63,641 nucleotides of DNA from positions 1-63,641 of IMG/VR virus record IMGVR_UViG_3300032311_000461; one strand, given 5' to 3'. Positions 63,519-63,641 of this stretch are shown here, piece by piece (the first letter of the stretch is position 1; every line of letters starts with the position of its first letter). Position numbers and translations under genes: made by a program. Below the pieces are notes generated by a model that was not told where the DNA came from, searched no databases, and was given only the letters and a program-made list of their open reading frames with translations. Origin of the DNA: a virus (taxonomy: Duplodnaviria > Caudoviricetes).

Positions 63519-63641
63519 CCAACTGGTCGAACAGTACCCGATGAGTCCCGCACTAATCCACGCTTGCCATACCCTTGGTAGATGTAGACCTCTCCTCTGC
63601 GACCTTGGGAGAAGGCCACTGGGTGATCCCCGGTGAACTGA
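63519..63641. repeat. Terminal direct repeat (circular assembly overlap), copy 2
   Basis: Identical to 1..123. Confidence 0.95.

Noticed and set aside
63519-63641. 123-bp terminal repeat as a biological DTR
   Set aside because: It lies in the middle of a continuous CDS and is best explained as assembler overlap of a circular contig
1-63641. Numerous long antisense/shadow ORFs and possible recoded genetic code
   Set aside because: Shadow ORFs are expected at high GC and lack SD or coupling; genes tile compactly under the standard code using all three stop codons

Overview
This window is a complete, circularly assembled tailed-phage genome of 63,518 bp. The last 123 nt repeat the first 123 nt, and one tail gene runs across the join. 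It is GC-rich and podovirus-like (no tape measure; several putative ejected internal proteins). It is probably temperate, with a tyrosine integrase next to a tRNA-Gly(CCC)-like attP, a serine recombinase and a LexA-type HTH. A Planctomycetota host is inferred from CsrA, CAP-domain proteins and Cys-rich proteins; this is not proven. Layout: (i) leftward virion, packaging and tail-fibre genes at 1-26.3 kb and 48.9-63.6 kb; (ii) rightward small early genes at 27.6-38.0 kb; (iii) leftward replication, recombination and regulatory genes at 37.9-47.9 kb. The most striking content is non-coding RNA structure. Most spacers of the early region are built from a modular kit: 8 copies of a covarying 7-bp hairpin plus a TGRCCCTCTGGT box, 4 anticodon-less 46-50 nt tRNA mimics, 3 type II hammerhead ribozymes and 4 intrinsic terminators placed directly in front of genes. 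There is also a ~450-nt ORF-free region (41.7-42.2 kb) with nested long-range helices that looks like a large ncRNA. Other leads are a chain of tail-fibre genes that split one domain across gene boundaries, a shared N-terminal IR[KN]xL motif on putative internal virion proteins, an attP inside an HNH reading frame, and two late-promoter-like motifs. All calls come from reading motifs by eye; no database searches were run.
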